Source: Lama glama
Lineage: Eukaryota
Length of the DNA stretch: 64,000 nt
Direction: 5' to 3'
NCBI GenBank assembly: GCA_028534125.1
Contig: CM052817.1
Span: 75,952,001-76,016,000 of the forward strand
Shown here: piece after piece, positions 1 to 11,324 of the stretch
Numbering within the stretch: position 1 is the stretch's first letter
Layout: the number at the start of each line of letters is the position of its first letter
Position numbers and translations under genes: made by a program
The notes under the pieces: model-generated
Databases searched by the model: none
Told to the model about the DNA's origin: nothing
What the model saw: only the letters and a program-made list of their open reading frames with translations

Positions 1-510
1 CAAAATATTCTGCTTTAGTATATTGATTATTTTGAGCTGTACGCAATTGAAAAACACCAAGTGCCAGGAGAGGCTTTCTCTGAACTCTCTTCATCTGCCT
101 AAAGACAGATACCTTGAAAGAGTTCAGTTATCAGAAATCTTTTCCCTGGGAGTTTCATCAACCAGAGAAAGATTGACATCACAAGAGGGAGACTGGAAGT
201 GGGCACCGCAGCCAAACTTCATCACAAACCACCATACCTCCCCTCTATGCTTCTAAGGGCCCATTCACCTTTCCTAAAAATCTTTTACTCTCCCCTAAAT
301 TGCCTCATCTTCTCTCTCCTTTCCTTATTGAAATGTTATTGAATTCTAAGCCACCTCTTTGAATTACTCATTTTCTCCTGGGTATCTCCCACAAATACAT
401 GAGGTGTACATGTTAATAAACTGCTGTTTTCCTCTTGTTAATCTCGTTTATTACAGAGGTCTCAGCTAAGGACTCAAGAGGGTAAAGAGAAAATTATTTT
501 TCATCCCTTG
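1..510 (+). mobile_element. ERV1 solo LTR, MER34-like (5' end off-window)
   Basis: Starts 'caaaatat...gattattttgagctg..gcaattga', has AATAAA at about 415, and ends 'gagggtaaagagaaattatttttcatccc', resembling the MER34 consensus. Confidence 0.7.
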
Positions 511-610
511 TGGTAGTGGTTTCATGATTGCATACTTTCCCCAAACTCAACATTCATATATACTAGATTTGTATAGCTTTTTCCATGTCAATTTTACTTT
601 AATAAGTTTT
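511..610 (+). mobile_element. Old L1 (L1MC-like) 3' end
   Basis: 'tggtagtggtttcatgattgcatac...ccaaactca...tgtcaattttactttaataag' is typical of an L1M 3' terminus. Confidence 0.55.
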
Positions 611-984
611 TAAATGTTCATACCATTGTAATGAGTTTTAAGAGCTTTCACTTATCTATGACTTTAAATACATTCCCCAACAGAGAAAAATTGCCTTTTG
701 ACTTAGATATAACTTTTAAGTATTTGCATTAAGGAGTAAAAGAAAAAAATTAGAGAGGTATAAAACACTCATGCTTCATTTCTGAAAGCCAAGGCTGATC
801 TGTATCATACTCATTTACGATTTCCTTACTCTCTCAGGAAACTGAGGGCAAAGATCAAATCTAAATCATCAATACAGTCCCCTTCAGGCTACTCATCCAT
901 TATTTATAGCATAGTATTTTCACACAGGTAACTGTTCTGTAAGTATTTGCAAGTAAATTATGACATTTAAAGTCAAGAAGAGTA

Positions 985-1220
985 AAAGGGGATGGGAAGG
1001 GATAAACTGGGAGTTTGAGAGTTGCAGATACTAAGTACTATGTATAAAATAGGTAAACAACAAGTTTTCCTGTAGCACACAGGGGAATAGATTCCATATC
1101 TCATAGTAACCTATAATGAAAATGAATATATGTATTTCTATGTATGACCGAAACATTATGCTGTACACCAGAAATTGACACAACAGTGTAAATCAACTAT
1201 ACTTCAATAAAAAGATTTTT
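985..1220 (+). mobile_element. Lineage-specific L1 3' UTR fragment
   Basis: 'gggataaactgggagtttgag...tgctgtacaccagaaattgacacaacagtgtaaatcaactatacttcaataaaaa' is a cetartiodactyl-type L1 3' end. Confidence 0.85.
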
Positions 1221-1599
1221 TTAAATGTTAGACTGGGTGAAAAAAAAAAGAAAGAAGTGTAAGAGAGTGAGATCTTGGGTAAAATGTCAAATTGGGTATA
1301 TAGCAAAACTAATGAAAAATAGCCACTCGTAGATTTGCTTGGATAGTCTATGGCATGGTAGTAATGAGAACAGATGGACACAGGTTTTTTTTCAGTGAAA
1401 AGAAGGCCAAGTAATTTTTCTTACTATGTAACACATAAACTCACATATCTGTATCTGTATGTTTAAAATGTGTATTTATTGTTTCTCATGTAGCAAAGTG
1501 ATTCTACATGTATTATTTTGACACTTGTAATAATCTTAGACAGGAGAGATAGCCACTCCTTATATCATCACATCCTACTAATATAATTTCTTCAAAGAA

Positions 1600-1832
1600 G
1601 TCTTTGTTTTATACTCCAAATCAAATTGCTCTCTGCCCCCATGTGACATTACAGTATACCACAGAAACTTTCATTATGGCATGCTAACATTTTATTTAAC
1701 TTTATTACTACATGCTTTTTAACTATGTATCTCTTAGATACAAAAGATAAGCCTTCAAAGTATTTATTTCAACTTAAGTGGTCCATTGCATATTGAATGA
1801 ATGATGAAGTATTTGTTGAATAAATGAATGAG
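1600..1832 (+). mobile_element. L2 3' end
   Basis: Ends in the L2 tail 'tatttgttgaataaatgaatgag'. Confidence 0.5.
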
Positions 1833-2489
1833 TAGAGGAATAATTTCCGCTTATAGTTAGTAGAATAGGAGTGGGCTTCAAAAAACAAGAAGGCTTAGAT
1901 GGAACGCTCTACATTCATAAACGAAATTAAGAGAAAAGAGTGATTAATGTAGACAGGTACAACAAAGAATATGCACTGTCACTCCCAGTGTGGATTAGAC
2001 AGCATGCTTCCTCTATTAATACTTCTTCATAAACCCTGTATAATCTTTGCCTTCAGTAAAATTCAAGAAACCTTCTGTTTTATACCTGGTCATAAAGAAG
2101 AGATTTGAATTAAAGAAAGCACTTCGGGAAAAAGGAGAAAAAAGATGGTGGTGTTTATTTCCTTTGTCTCACTGCAGATTAATGTTGAGCATCCTAGAGT
2201 GAAGAGTGAGGATCCCAAACTCTCTGAGCTTTGTGGAAAGAACCTGTGAGTCTCCAGACGGGGTGTTCAGGTCACTCACTGCGTGTGGCCACAGTTAACA
2301 CGAAATCTGCGTCCACTGAAAACGCTGTGTCCTTCGGACACTCCAAGAGGGAAAAGTCCTCAGAGCCTTGGGGCACAGCTTTTCTGGTGGCATTTTAGGA
2401 TGACAAGTGGCCACGTGGTAAAACTTCTGTATGAAGCCTCAGTGGCAAGTGTGAGCAAGTGGAAGCTGCAGTAAGAGAGTAATACCAGA

Positions 2490-3200
2490 GTAACACAGCT
2501 TGAGGGCTGCAGCTTATAAATTCACAAATGGATGTGTGTGAACTTGTCTGAAATGCCAGAAATAAGGACAGGACACTGAAGGGGAGAGTTTGCGCACACC
2601 ACCATCTAGGGCAGGTCCATCAAACCAAGAGTCATTTGAGTGGACAAGAGATGGAATTGCCAGGCCATTCTGAGGGCCCAACTGAAATTGGAAACCATAA
2701 ATCTGCCCCATCTGGCAGAGTTATGTAGTTTTCTCCAGCAAAGCTCAGGAGAGGGAGATGCTTTTGATCAGAGCGAGATCCAGTTTGGGAGTGTATTTAA
2801 ATGAAAGCAGCAGAGAGCCAGAGAAGAAGGGAATTGAAGAAAAGTGTGACCTGAATGGTCAGTCATGATGATAAATTTAGCTATGAAAATAAAATCAAGA
2901 AGCAAATGATAATCTAAAAATACATGGAGGGATTTAAAGGCTAAAGTGAATGAAAAAATATATTTAGCAGAGATAAGTGTTTGTTATCAGATAGAGGATT
3001 TCAAATTAATGGTTTAGAATGCAGTTCAGTTCAGGGAGATAATAAATCGTGACTGCGGCCTCAGGTGTTGTTTACTGAAGAAAAATGAAGTGAAATGTAT
3101 TGCTATAGAAAAGATTAAGAAATTGTGAGGAAACTAAAGTTACTCAGGATAAGACAATTGTGGGAATAGAATAAACCAAAGTAAGTCAGGTGTAATTCTT
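2490..3200 (-). mobile_element. Decayed L2 fragment
   Basis: Purine-rich + strand with L2-like stretches such as 'gcagagttatgtagttttctccagc'. Confidence 0.35.
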
Positions 3201-3565
3201 CTCAGAAGGCAGGAATATGCCTGCATTAAAAAGATGTATTGATGGAGAGAAATCAACCCCAGCTCTTTTAAATAATTCCAAAAGCCCATTCATTAACCAG
3301 TAAAACTCTTCTTTCATAACATGGTGCAATTGGATAGGTGGTGGGTTGCCTTCAGGGCAGTATAGATATCTGGGATCCTTTCTTACCCTTGGGGTATTGA
3401 CAGGATTTGCTGTATCTGGCTGGGAGACAAGGGAAGGAAAAGAGTGAAGGGGATCAGATGAGGTGGAGGTGGTCTATTTCAGGTCAGTTCACTTCACTGG
3501 CTAGGACACAGTTGGTCCTACATAATTACAAGATAGCTGTGAAACTTTACATAGGTTGTGTACTG

Positions 3566-4295
3566 TAAAGAATACAATATTATGTGTCTCCTTTACCCTC
3601 AATAGTTCACTTTTAATCATCAGGTGTATAGGAGTTTTTCCTTACATCAAGCCATTCTGAGACATCAGTTGGGTGTTCTGAAATTCAGTTCAGTTCTGAC
3701 ACTATCTACCTGGAGTTAGCATCAGATTCTACAAGTTACAGGACCAGTCTCCCCTTCTCTCCACTACAGAAGCCTGTTGCAAGTCCAAGTTGTTACCTGT
3801 GCTTCTGACCAGTAGGCTATAAATCAGAGATTCCCATGACCCTCTCCTTGGGTTCAATTAATTTGCTAGAGTGTTTCACAGAATCCAACACTTACTAAAG
3901 ATATTTAATTATAGATTACTGGTTTATTATAAAAGTATAAAGCTCAGGAACAGCCAGATGGAAGAGATGTATAGGATAAGGTATGTGGAAAGCGGCTTGG
4001 AGTTTCCCTGCCCTTTCTCTGAATCATCATGTGTTCACCAACCCAGGAACTCTTGAACCAGTCTTGTTGAGTTTTTGTGGAAACTTCAGTATGTAGCTAC
4101 AATTAAGTTGTTGACCATTAGTAATTGAACTCAATCTCCAGCCCCAGTCCCCTTCCCAGAGAAGGAGGGAGTGGTGGGACTGAGAGTTCCAAACTTTTAA
4201 TCACATGGCTGGTTGCAGGGGTGTTCCAAAAGTCACCTCATTAACATAAACTCAGGTATGTTTAAAGGGTCTTGCTATGAATAACAAAATATGCT
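3566..4295 (-). mobile_element. MER21-like LTR, truncated at the right end
   Basis: 'ttcagttctgacactatctacctggagttagcatcaga...' and 'aaagtcacctcattaacataaactcagg' match the reverse complement of the recalled MER21 consensus. Confidence 0.75.
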
Positions 4296-4299
4296 TACT

Positions 4300-7200
4300 G
4301 TAACTATCAACAATTATTCCAGCTAATTAAATAAAATCAATGCATTTGGAAGTTGGGGCCTGATGACTTTATTTGGAGTATCTGTAAACCAGGCACAATT
4401 ATTATTATTTTTGTTTTAGGTCAAAAGATTATTAAAAATTCCTCATGAGTTCATAGGTATTTATGGTTAAACATTCAATTTCTATGAGAATCTGAGAGCA
4501 AACCAGAAGTTGTTGCTTAAAAAATCAAACAGTTATCTGAAGAAGAGGACATGGTTTTCTCCCAAACCTGAGAACTGTGCGCTAGGATATTTGTGTTAGG
4601 ATTTTCCAGTGCCTTCATAGAAAAATTCTATTTTCTATGGACAATTTGAGTAAATCTGGATTAGCTGGATCAGAGGACAAGGTGTAATCTGCTGATGGCA
4701 TCCTGGGATTGCTGTGGAGATTTTTCCTGCTGTGGGCTCCACTCACAGATGGAAGTGTTATGGCTTGCTTGGTAAATGGGTCAGAGCTGTATACTCAAGC
4801 ATAGCATAGTTTTACCTTTAACATCTAAACATTTTCTCCAAGATCTCTCACCAACTTGTTTCATCTCATCATGCTCTACATCCCTGGATCTCCAGAAACT
4901 TCACTGAGATAACAGCCTTTGAAATCCCTGGCATTTATATTATACTTTCTAGTTCATATGCATCTTGATAAGGCATTTAAAATATGTACCAGGTTTTACT
5001 CATCAGGTCCAATTGACTTAATGTCATCAGTATTATACACGAGAATGAGACTCTGTGAAGTCCTGGTGTGTTCTGTGGAACAGCAAGATGACTGAGATCT
5101 TTGTAGACCTTTATATGGTGTAGATCAGGAGAACTGACTCTGGAGAGGTACTACTGTTTGCCAGGTGAAAAAAAAAAAAAGACTCCTGGTAGGGCTTCAT
5201 ACAAAGAGAAACCACTTAACCAGTTTCAGGAATACCAGTTGTGACAGTCTCTGTTGAATTGCTTTCTAAAACTGTAGCTGTACTGGAGTCACCACATGAA
5301 TAAATTATAATAACTCATAGCCATTTCTCAAGACAGTCTCTTTTCTACATAAACCAATTGCACATTAAATGAGGATGTGATAGTCATGACCACCCTGAAT
5401 CTTTAAGTCCTTGACAGTAGCATTAGTCTATGTAATACCCCGAGAAATGACTTATTGTACTAATAGAGTGATAGGACCAGGACATAGCTCCATTTAATCC
5501 CTTGATTTTATAAACTCCTCTATGACTGGTTGACTATTGTTGCATTTTGGTTCTGTAGAATTAGTGTCATGTCAGGGCTAATATCAAATAATCCACAAAC
5601 ATTTTGGTTATTTTACCAGCTTCATTGCTAAGACACCCTGGTAAATGACTTCAAGTTCCTTTAATTTTTTGTACACATTTTTCATTCTACTGAGGTAAGG
5701 TTGGTATATAACATATTAGTTTCAAGTATACAACACAATTCAATCTTTGTATACACTAAAAACTAATTGCCATCAAGTTTCTTTAGAAAAGGCTCAGAGA
5801 GATTTACAGTACAGAGTTTTGGCTGAGTAGCAGAACATTTTCTCAAGCAAAAAGGGACTCTCTTTTATTCAAAAGTTTCTGGGTTTGTGAACTGTCTCAT
5901 ATCTAGGAATTTTTTGAGGAGAAACATCTCTCTATTATGATTTTGATAATAATATTTGATATTTGATATGATGATATTAAAAATTCAAAACTTATTCAAA
6001 AGATCTAGAATTTTTCTGCTTATACCAGCCACGTAAGATTTTATAATGCCCATCTGTCTCAGTTCTTTAGATAGTATGATACATAAGCCAATGACAACAA
6101 TCTCCAAGTGTAAATCATTCTGATCATGACTTTGAATATTTTTCAATTATGGTAAATATGCTCACCTGTCTCTGGCATTTAAGTGCCACCGCTTGACCCA
6201 TACGATCCCAGGATCCTGCCCTCATTGAATTCAGGAGACTCAGCTCAATGACAGCAATTCCCACAGTCATTTTGTCATTAAGATGATATTCTCACAGAGC
6301 TCTCAGGGATGTTAGCATTCCCCTCACTAATGTACGTTTTGCAGTTTTGCTGGTATGCTGGTGTCCAGAGTAAGGTTGTGTGTGAGCAGCTGTTACATAA
6401 GAAATTAATGCTGGTCTTTCTATCTATCTGTATCTTTAGTTATCTTTCTTTGCAGCATAGAAATAAATTCTGACATTTCATTTTCATTCTGTGTCATCTA
6501 TCTTTGCATACAGATTTCAGTCAGCCAGCCAAACAAACTGAAAGAGACACTCTCAACATGCTTAAGCTAACACTGAATATGGAATCTCTGATTACTGTAC
6601 CATAGATACATAGCAAACAAGCCTTTCCCAATTCAACATTTCTATTCCACCCTGATCCAACTCTCTGCAGTCTTTTCCACGCATGTTCTCCAGATTTTGC
6701 TGTGTAAATTACCAACATCTTGAAATTCTTTTGGTGTGTATGGCACCTCTCCACAGGCCAAACTTAGCATTTGACCGCTTGGAGTGTACAGGACCTTGCT
6801 TCTAGAATAGAAGTAATGCGAAATGGTGGAGGTGCGTTCTGAAGAGCAGTCTCATGCACAAAAACTACTTCAGAAGAGGAAAGTCACTTAGAGGAAACTA
6901 GTACCTTGGACAGAGGAAGAAGGGCTATTTCTACTGACAAAGAAAGCTCATGTAATTAAAACATTCAAGGTCCTAAGCTTCATTGGCATATTTTCAATAA
7001 ATGTGTCATAGTGAAGTGCCTTTGTTGCTGTAGGTATGGGTAAAGGAATTGTTGACTGTGTAGCAGGGATGTAGTGGGAGGTGAAACATCTGCTCATGTA
7101 ACTTGCTTGTGCTTCTAGTACCTACTTGAGTTCAAAATTATATGCACATTTCCTATATGAGTAATTTTAACCTTATTTTTGCTTGGCTTAGTGAAGCAGC

Positions 7201-7800
7201 TTACACGTTGCTTATTATAGAGTCTCAGGTTGCAGATTCTCTTGAAGTGTCGTATTCATGTTTTCAGTCTTTCGGAGAAATATAACATGTCTTTTCACTA
7301 AGTAAGGGGTACTTCTCTGATTCAGGATTGCCTCAGGCTCCATGCAGCATTTTCACCAAACGTTGAGTACTGTTTCCTTAGTTCCAAGTACCAATTAGCG
7401 TAGCAACTCCCTTTCAACTTATTCACTGGAAATCAGTTTTCTTTCTGTGGGCCTTACTCACCGATGTCAATAAATGAGGGATTACACTCATATGTAAAAT
7501 ATTTTTCTTATTAGCTTCCTTATTCTTGCACCATCAGAATCTTTCCAAGTGTTACCATTCTGATTGGTAGCATTCCTCTCCTCTCCTTCCCCAATGAATG
7601 CTCCTGCTTTTATATAACATAATTAGCACGGCCATAAATTCACTCCATGTTGACTTTGAAATATAAGGAAAGTTATACCACTCATCAAGGATCAGGGTTG
7701 TAATTACCATGTAAATGTATTTGTGTTCTTTTTCAGAACATCCAGACTTACCATACCATGTCAGAAGACTCATGCTTTAAGAGGAATTGATCTTTTTAAA
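4300..7800 (+). pseudogene. Endogenous bornavirus-like L (RNA-dependent RNA polymerase) element, EBLL, heavily decayed
   Basis: Colinear motifs vs recalled BoDV-1 L ('/' = frameshift, '*' = stop): RCNLLMAS 4680-4703 (RCHLLIAS); LDKAF 4964-4978 (SDKAI); RLCEVLV 5048-5068 (RLVNALI); R/TTVCQV-A13-TPGR 5146-5193 (RLTVLVPKEKELKVKGR); YQ/VT about 5233 (YQVV); TTLN/FKSLTVAL 5389-5425 (motif A, INLDYSSWCNGF); QTFWL/FTS+13aa+F 5596-5662 (motif B, QKLWTILTS+13aa+F); AQRDLQ 5792-5809 (motif C, GQGDNQ); GLSFIQKF/WV 5855-5885 (GHNLKVEECWV); G/LSSMTAIPTVILSLR*YS 6234-6292 (GGLPTPATLPSVFFRGMS); LGV/TGP..E* 6778-6810 (VGVTMPFVAEQ); RGN*YLG 6890-6910 (RGDQPLYLG); VVGGETSAH 7071-7097 (IQGGTLTHR); CR/SCFQ about 7248-7267 (CKTCFE); WKSVFFLW 7427-7450 (WSIVIRSLW). 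Best-supported span is about 4680-7460; outer boundaries are approximate. Confidence 0.85.
5664..5772 (-). mobile_element. Short L1 3' end inserted in the EBLL
   Basis: T-rich tail, then 'tgaggtaaggttggtatataacatattagtttcaagtatacaacac'. Flanked by a 12/13 TSD: tcaagttccttta (5651-5663) and tcaagtttcttta (5773-5785). Confidence 0.75.
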
Positions 7801-8420
7801 TTATCAAAAAAGTAAGTTATCTAAACTCATAATTTTACAATGCTGTTTTTAAATTGCAAAGTATATTCTTGTTTTCTTCAAGTTACAATGTATATAATCC
7901 TCATGATAGCTGATAAACTCTTTCATTGGTGGGAATGTCAATAAATTATTTGTAATGCAGTTGCAAGAGGTATTTTAGTGTGGAAGGAAATCTTTTTGGG
8001 AGAAATTCAACCAGCTGAGCCTTCTGTCTTAATATCACTCTGTTAGAAGAGTCTTGAATACATGTTTTTGCCTCATAGAAAGGTGGCATTAACAAGAGCC
8101 TTAATTAAAAGTCTGAGCAATAGTTGGCCAAAAGTGGTCTTGGGAGTGGGGGAAGTTATTCTTCTAGTTCACAGCCCTTGGGCAAGTTATCAATATAAAA
8201 GGAAAGAGTTCCAGGGAAGTTGAAGAAAGTGGAGATGTTTCAGTCCTTTAAAGACTCTTATACCCCAATCTTTAAAGTACAATCATAGTTTGGATTTTTA
8301 ACAGGAAGAAAATCATCATTTATGTCATTCCTTTAAAAGCTAACTCTGTTCCTCCTAAGATGATAGCCACTTATTGAATCTTAACTTTGGTAGATCTCTT
8401 TATGATGTGAAATAAGTTTA

Positions 8421-8791
8421 TGTTATGATCTGAATGCTTGTGTCCCCCAACAAATTAAATTTCATATATTAAAATACTAACTGCCAAGATGACGGTATTA
8501 GTAGAAGACGGAGACTTTGATGTTAATTAGGTCATGAGGGTGGAATCTTCATATTTGGGATTAGTGTTCTTATAAATGAGATTTCAGAGGAGATAGTTCT
8601 CCCCCTCTGCCATCTGAAGACAGAGAAAGAAGATTCCCTACTGGGAAGTGGGCTCTCACCAGACACTGAATGTGCTGGCACTTTAATTTTGAACTTTCTA
8701 GCCTCCAGAACAGTAAGAAATAAATTACTGTTGTTTATAAGCCATCCAGTCTATGGTATTTTTGTTATGGTAGCCCAAACAGACTAAGACA
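8421..8791 (+). mobile_element. MLT1A-type MaLR solo LTR
   Basis: TG...CA ends ('tgttatgatctgaatgcttgtgtcccc' ... 'agactaagaca') with a perfect 5-bp TSD gttta (8416-8420, 8792-8796). Confidence 0.9.
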
Positions 8792-11324
8792 GTTTATATT
8801 TTAAAATATTAACCTGCATAATTTTCTTTTTCCTCTTTTTTTTGAGAGGGAGGGGTAATTTCTGGGGCTTTCTTGGAACCCTTCACCTGAGGCTCAATGA
8901 GGGTAGAAGTCAACAAAGAGAAAGGAGAAGTCATTGAGCTTTGTCTTTCAAGACAGAATTTTTCAAACTAGACTCTTAATAAATCTCCAAAGACAGTAGT
9001 CACAAATTGATTGCAAGAGTGATCTACTTTAGAAAGAAAAAAGTTTTCTGATCTCCAGAAATGTGCACGTGATTTTCATGAGCAAAATTTGAAGAAAAAG
9101 GGAGAGTTAATGGACTCCAAGTAGATGAAAACATTCTTTCTATACAATATAGGAACATTGTGCCAAGATTCACTGACCAATTACATTCTCATTTCCCTTA
9201 AGATTTCTTAGAATAGGTATAGGTATTATTACTTTGGCTTATCAGAGTAAATGAAAAGGAGCCCCCCACCAACACACACACATACACAGACAAGAAATCT
9301 GCTTTTCTGTATGTTATTTACCCCAAGTCGATAAACTGGAATGACTTGGATGAGTTATACAAACGTAGATTACTGTTACACAAGTAAGGAAATTTCATGT
9401 CTGTATTCCAAGAAATATATATATATTTCTGAAGATGAGTCTCATCAATCAACAGTTATAATTTGAATCTCATTTAAACAGAGACATTTCAAAATGATTC
9501 TAATATTTTAAAGGAAGCCCATTTTTTCTCTAAAACTTTCTAATATAAGCTAATTGCTTCATTTTCTATAAAATAGAAACATTTAGTAACTTTTGACAAA
9601 GGGGCATTCTTTGAAAATGTTAGTGTGTCTTTTATTCTGAGCATGCTCTCTCATGTGCTGTCAGCAGCCAAAAGCTATGCAGAATAAAATACACAAAGAT
9701 ATATAATGAGTGTTTCTAATGCTTCACCAGCTATCAGACAAAATAATGTGAGATAAGCCTAACCATTGGGATCAGAAAATATGATGTATTTTTGAGGCAT
9801 TACTTTTATTGGATTTTATCAGATCACGATGTCTTAAAAGGTACAATATTTAACTCATAAGTAAAAGATACTTTTGATTTATGTTCACATATCAAATTTG
9901 GCATCTTATGGATATTTACTTATATCCCCTTGCTTTTTATGCAAAGTAATAGGATCCCGATGTTCCCAGAGAAGCAGCAAAGTTCGTTTGGGTCTAGCCA
10001 ATACAAGGTCAAAAACAAATTGATTGTCACTGATTTTTCTCTCACATAATTTATCCACACTGTGGGTGGTATTGCAGTGGTTAAACATCATCTCCTTTTC
10101 TGAATGATTCTATTTGATGTTCAGTAGATTGTATTTCCCCTACTGTTTTTATGTAGATCTTTATATTTTGTTTCTGTCTCTTAGAAAATTGTCTGAAAAC
10201 AAATTTACTGAGAAAAATTGTTTGGAAATTGTTCTTCAAATGCCACTTTCCGTGCACTAGTTTCCAGTGTCATTTAAAATATAAAAAATTATTTAAGAAA
10301 AAAGTATATTTTAAGTGTTTTTATTTTTTAAGATAAAGTTTATATTCTATTAACTATGCTTACATTACCTATTTAAACTGTTTTTCAGCATTTTCTGTGC
10401 GTTTTTATTCTATAATTAAGGAACTTTTTTTGAGTACAATTTTAAGTATAATTTCTAACACCATTTCATTATATTGCTATAATTTAAAACAATTTTTGCT
10501 TTCAAGATTAAAGCTATAGAAAGAAGTAGGTGCAATCTCAGTGACAAGTTTAGATGCAAAACAATAAACTAAATGCTAAGAAAACATACAAAACTTAAAA
10601 GCCCTTCTCCCAGGGTTTACAAAAAAATTTTTGATAAAAGGATGAAAAATGCTTACAGTTGCATGAAATTTGCAAAATCACTCCTGTGATACAAGAAATC
10701 ATAAATAATTGGAAGCCTTTGCTTAGAAGTGTTCACCTTTATTCAGACATCATTTTGAGCCATTTATCATTATGATCAATTTATCACATCAACTATTCTT
10801 TTACAGTTTTATCCCTATGTTTAAATAAAATGGTCTATATTTGCTGGTGTCAGCTGTTAATTACAAAGTCACTAGAAATTAAAATGCTACTCAAGGTAAT
10901 GACTCACAAAATTACTTTTTTTCCTTTATCCTTTCAGTTTGTGGCACAGTAGTACCTTAGAACATATATCAATATAATTTATAGAATACACACTTTTATC
11001 ATTTTCAAAATTTCAATCTCCTCTGCATAAGGAAGATGAAGAAACCAATATTCATTTCCTTTATTTGCAGAAGAAATAATTAAATTGATGTTTACTGAAA
11101 TGTTGATTTTAAAATATCTTCTCCTTCCTTTTTTAATATTGATTTTTTTAAATATCCCCAAAATGTAAATTAACTTTCTGGTAATTGTTCACTTCATCAT
11201 ATAAAGCACAGTTTATTGTGACATATGTAAAAGAATATGTCAGGTAGTAAATTGATAAAATACAAAATTCCCACTGGAACAGTCTGCTAAATTTTCTTGC
11301 TGACTTACCTCACTTTTACCTACA

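Noticed and set aside
2490..3560. Possible additional viral genes (M or G) upstream of the L fossil
   Set aside because: The sequence reads as decayed L2 and MLT1 fragments, with no bornaviral motifs recognised.
5660..5671. FNFL apparently matching bornaviral FNIL
   Set aside because: Most of it lies in the T-rich tail of the inserted L1, so only the first F is counted as evidence.
6521..6754. 77-aa minus-strand ORF (also 7552-7773)
   Set aside because: Antisense to the EBLL; chance ORFs, while the real homology is on the + strand.
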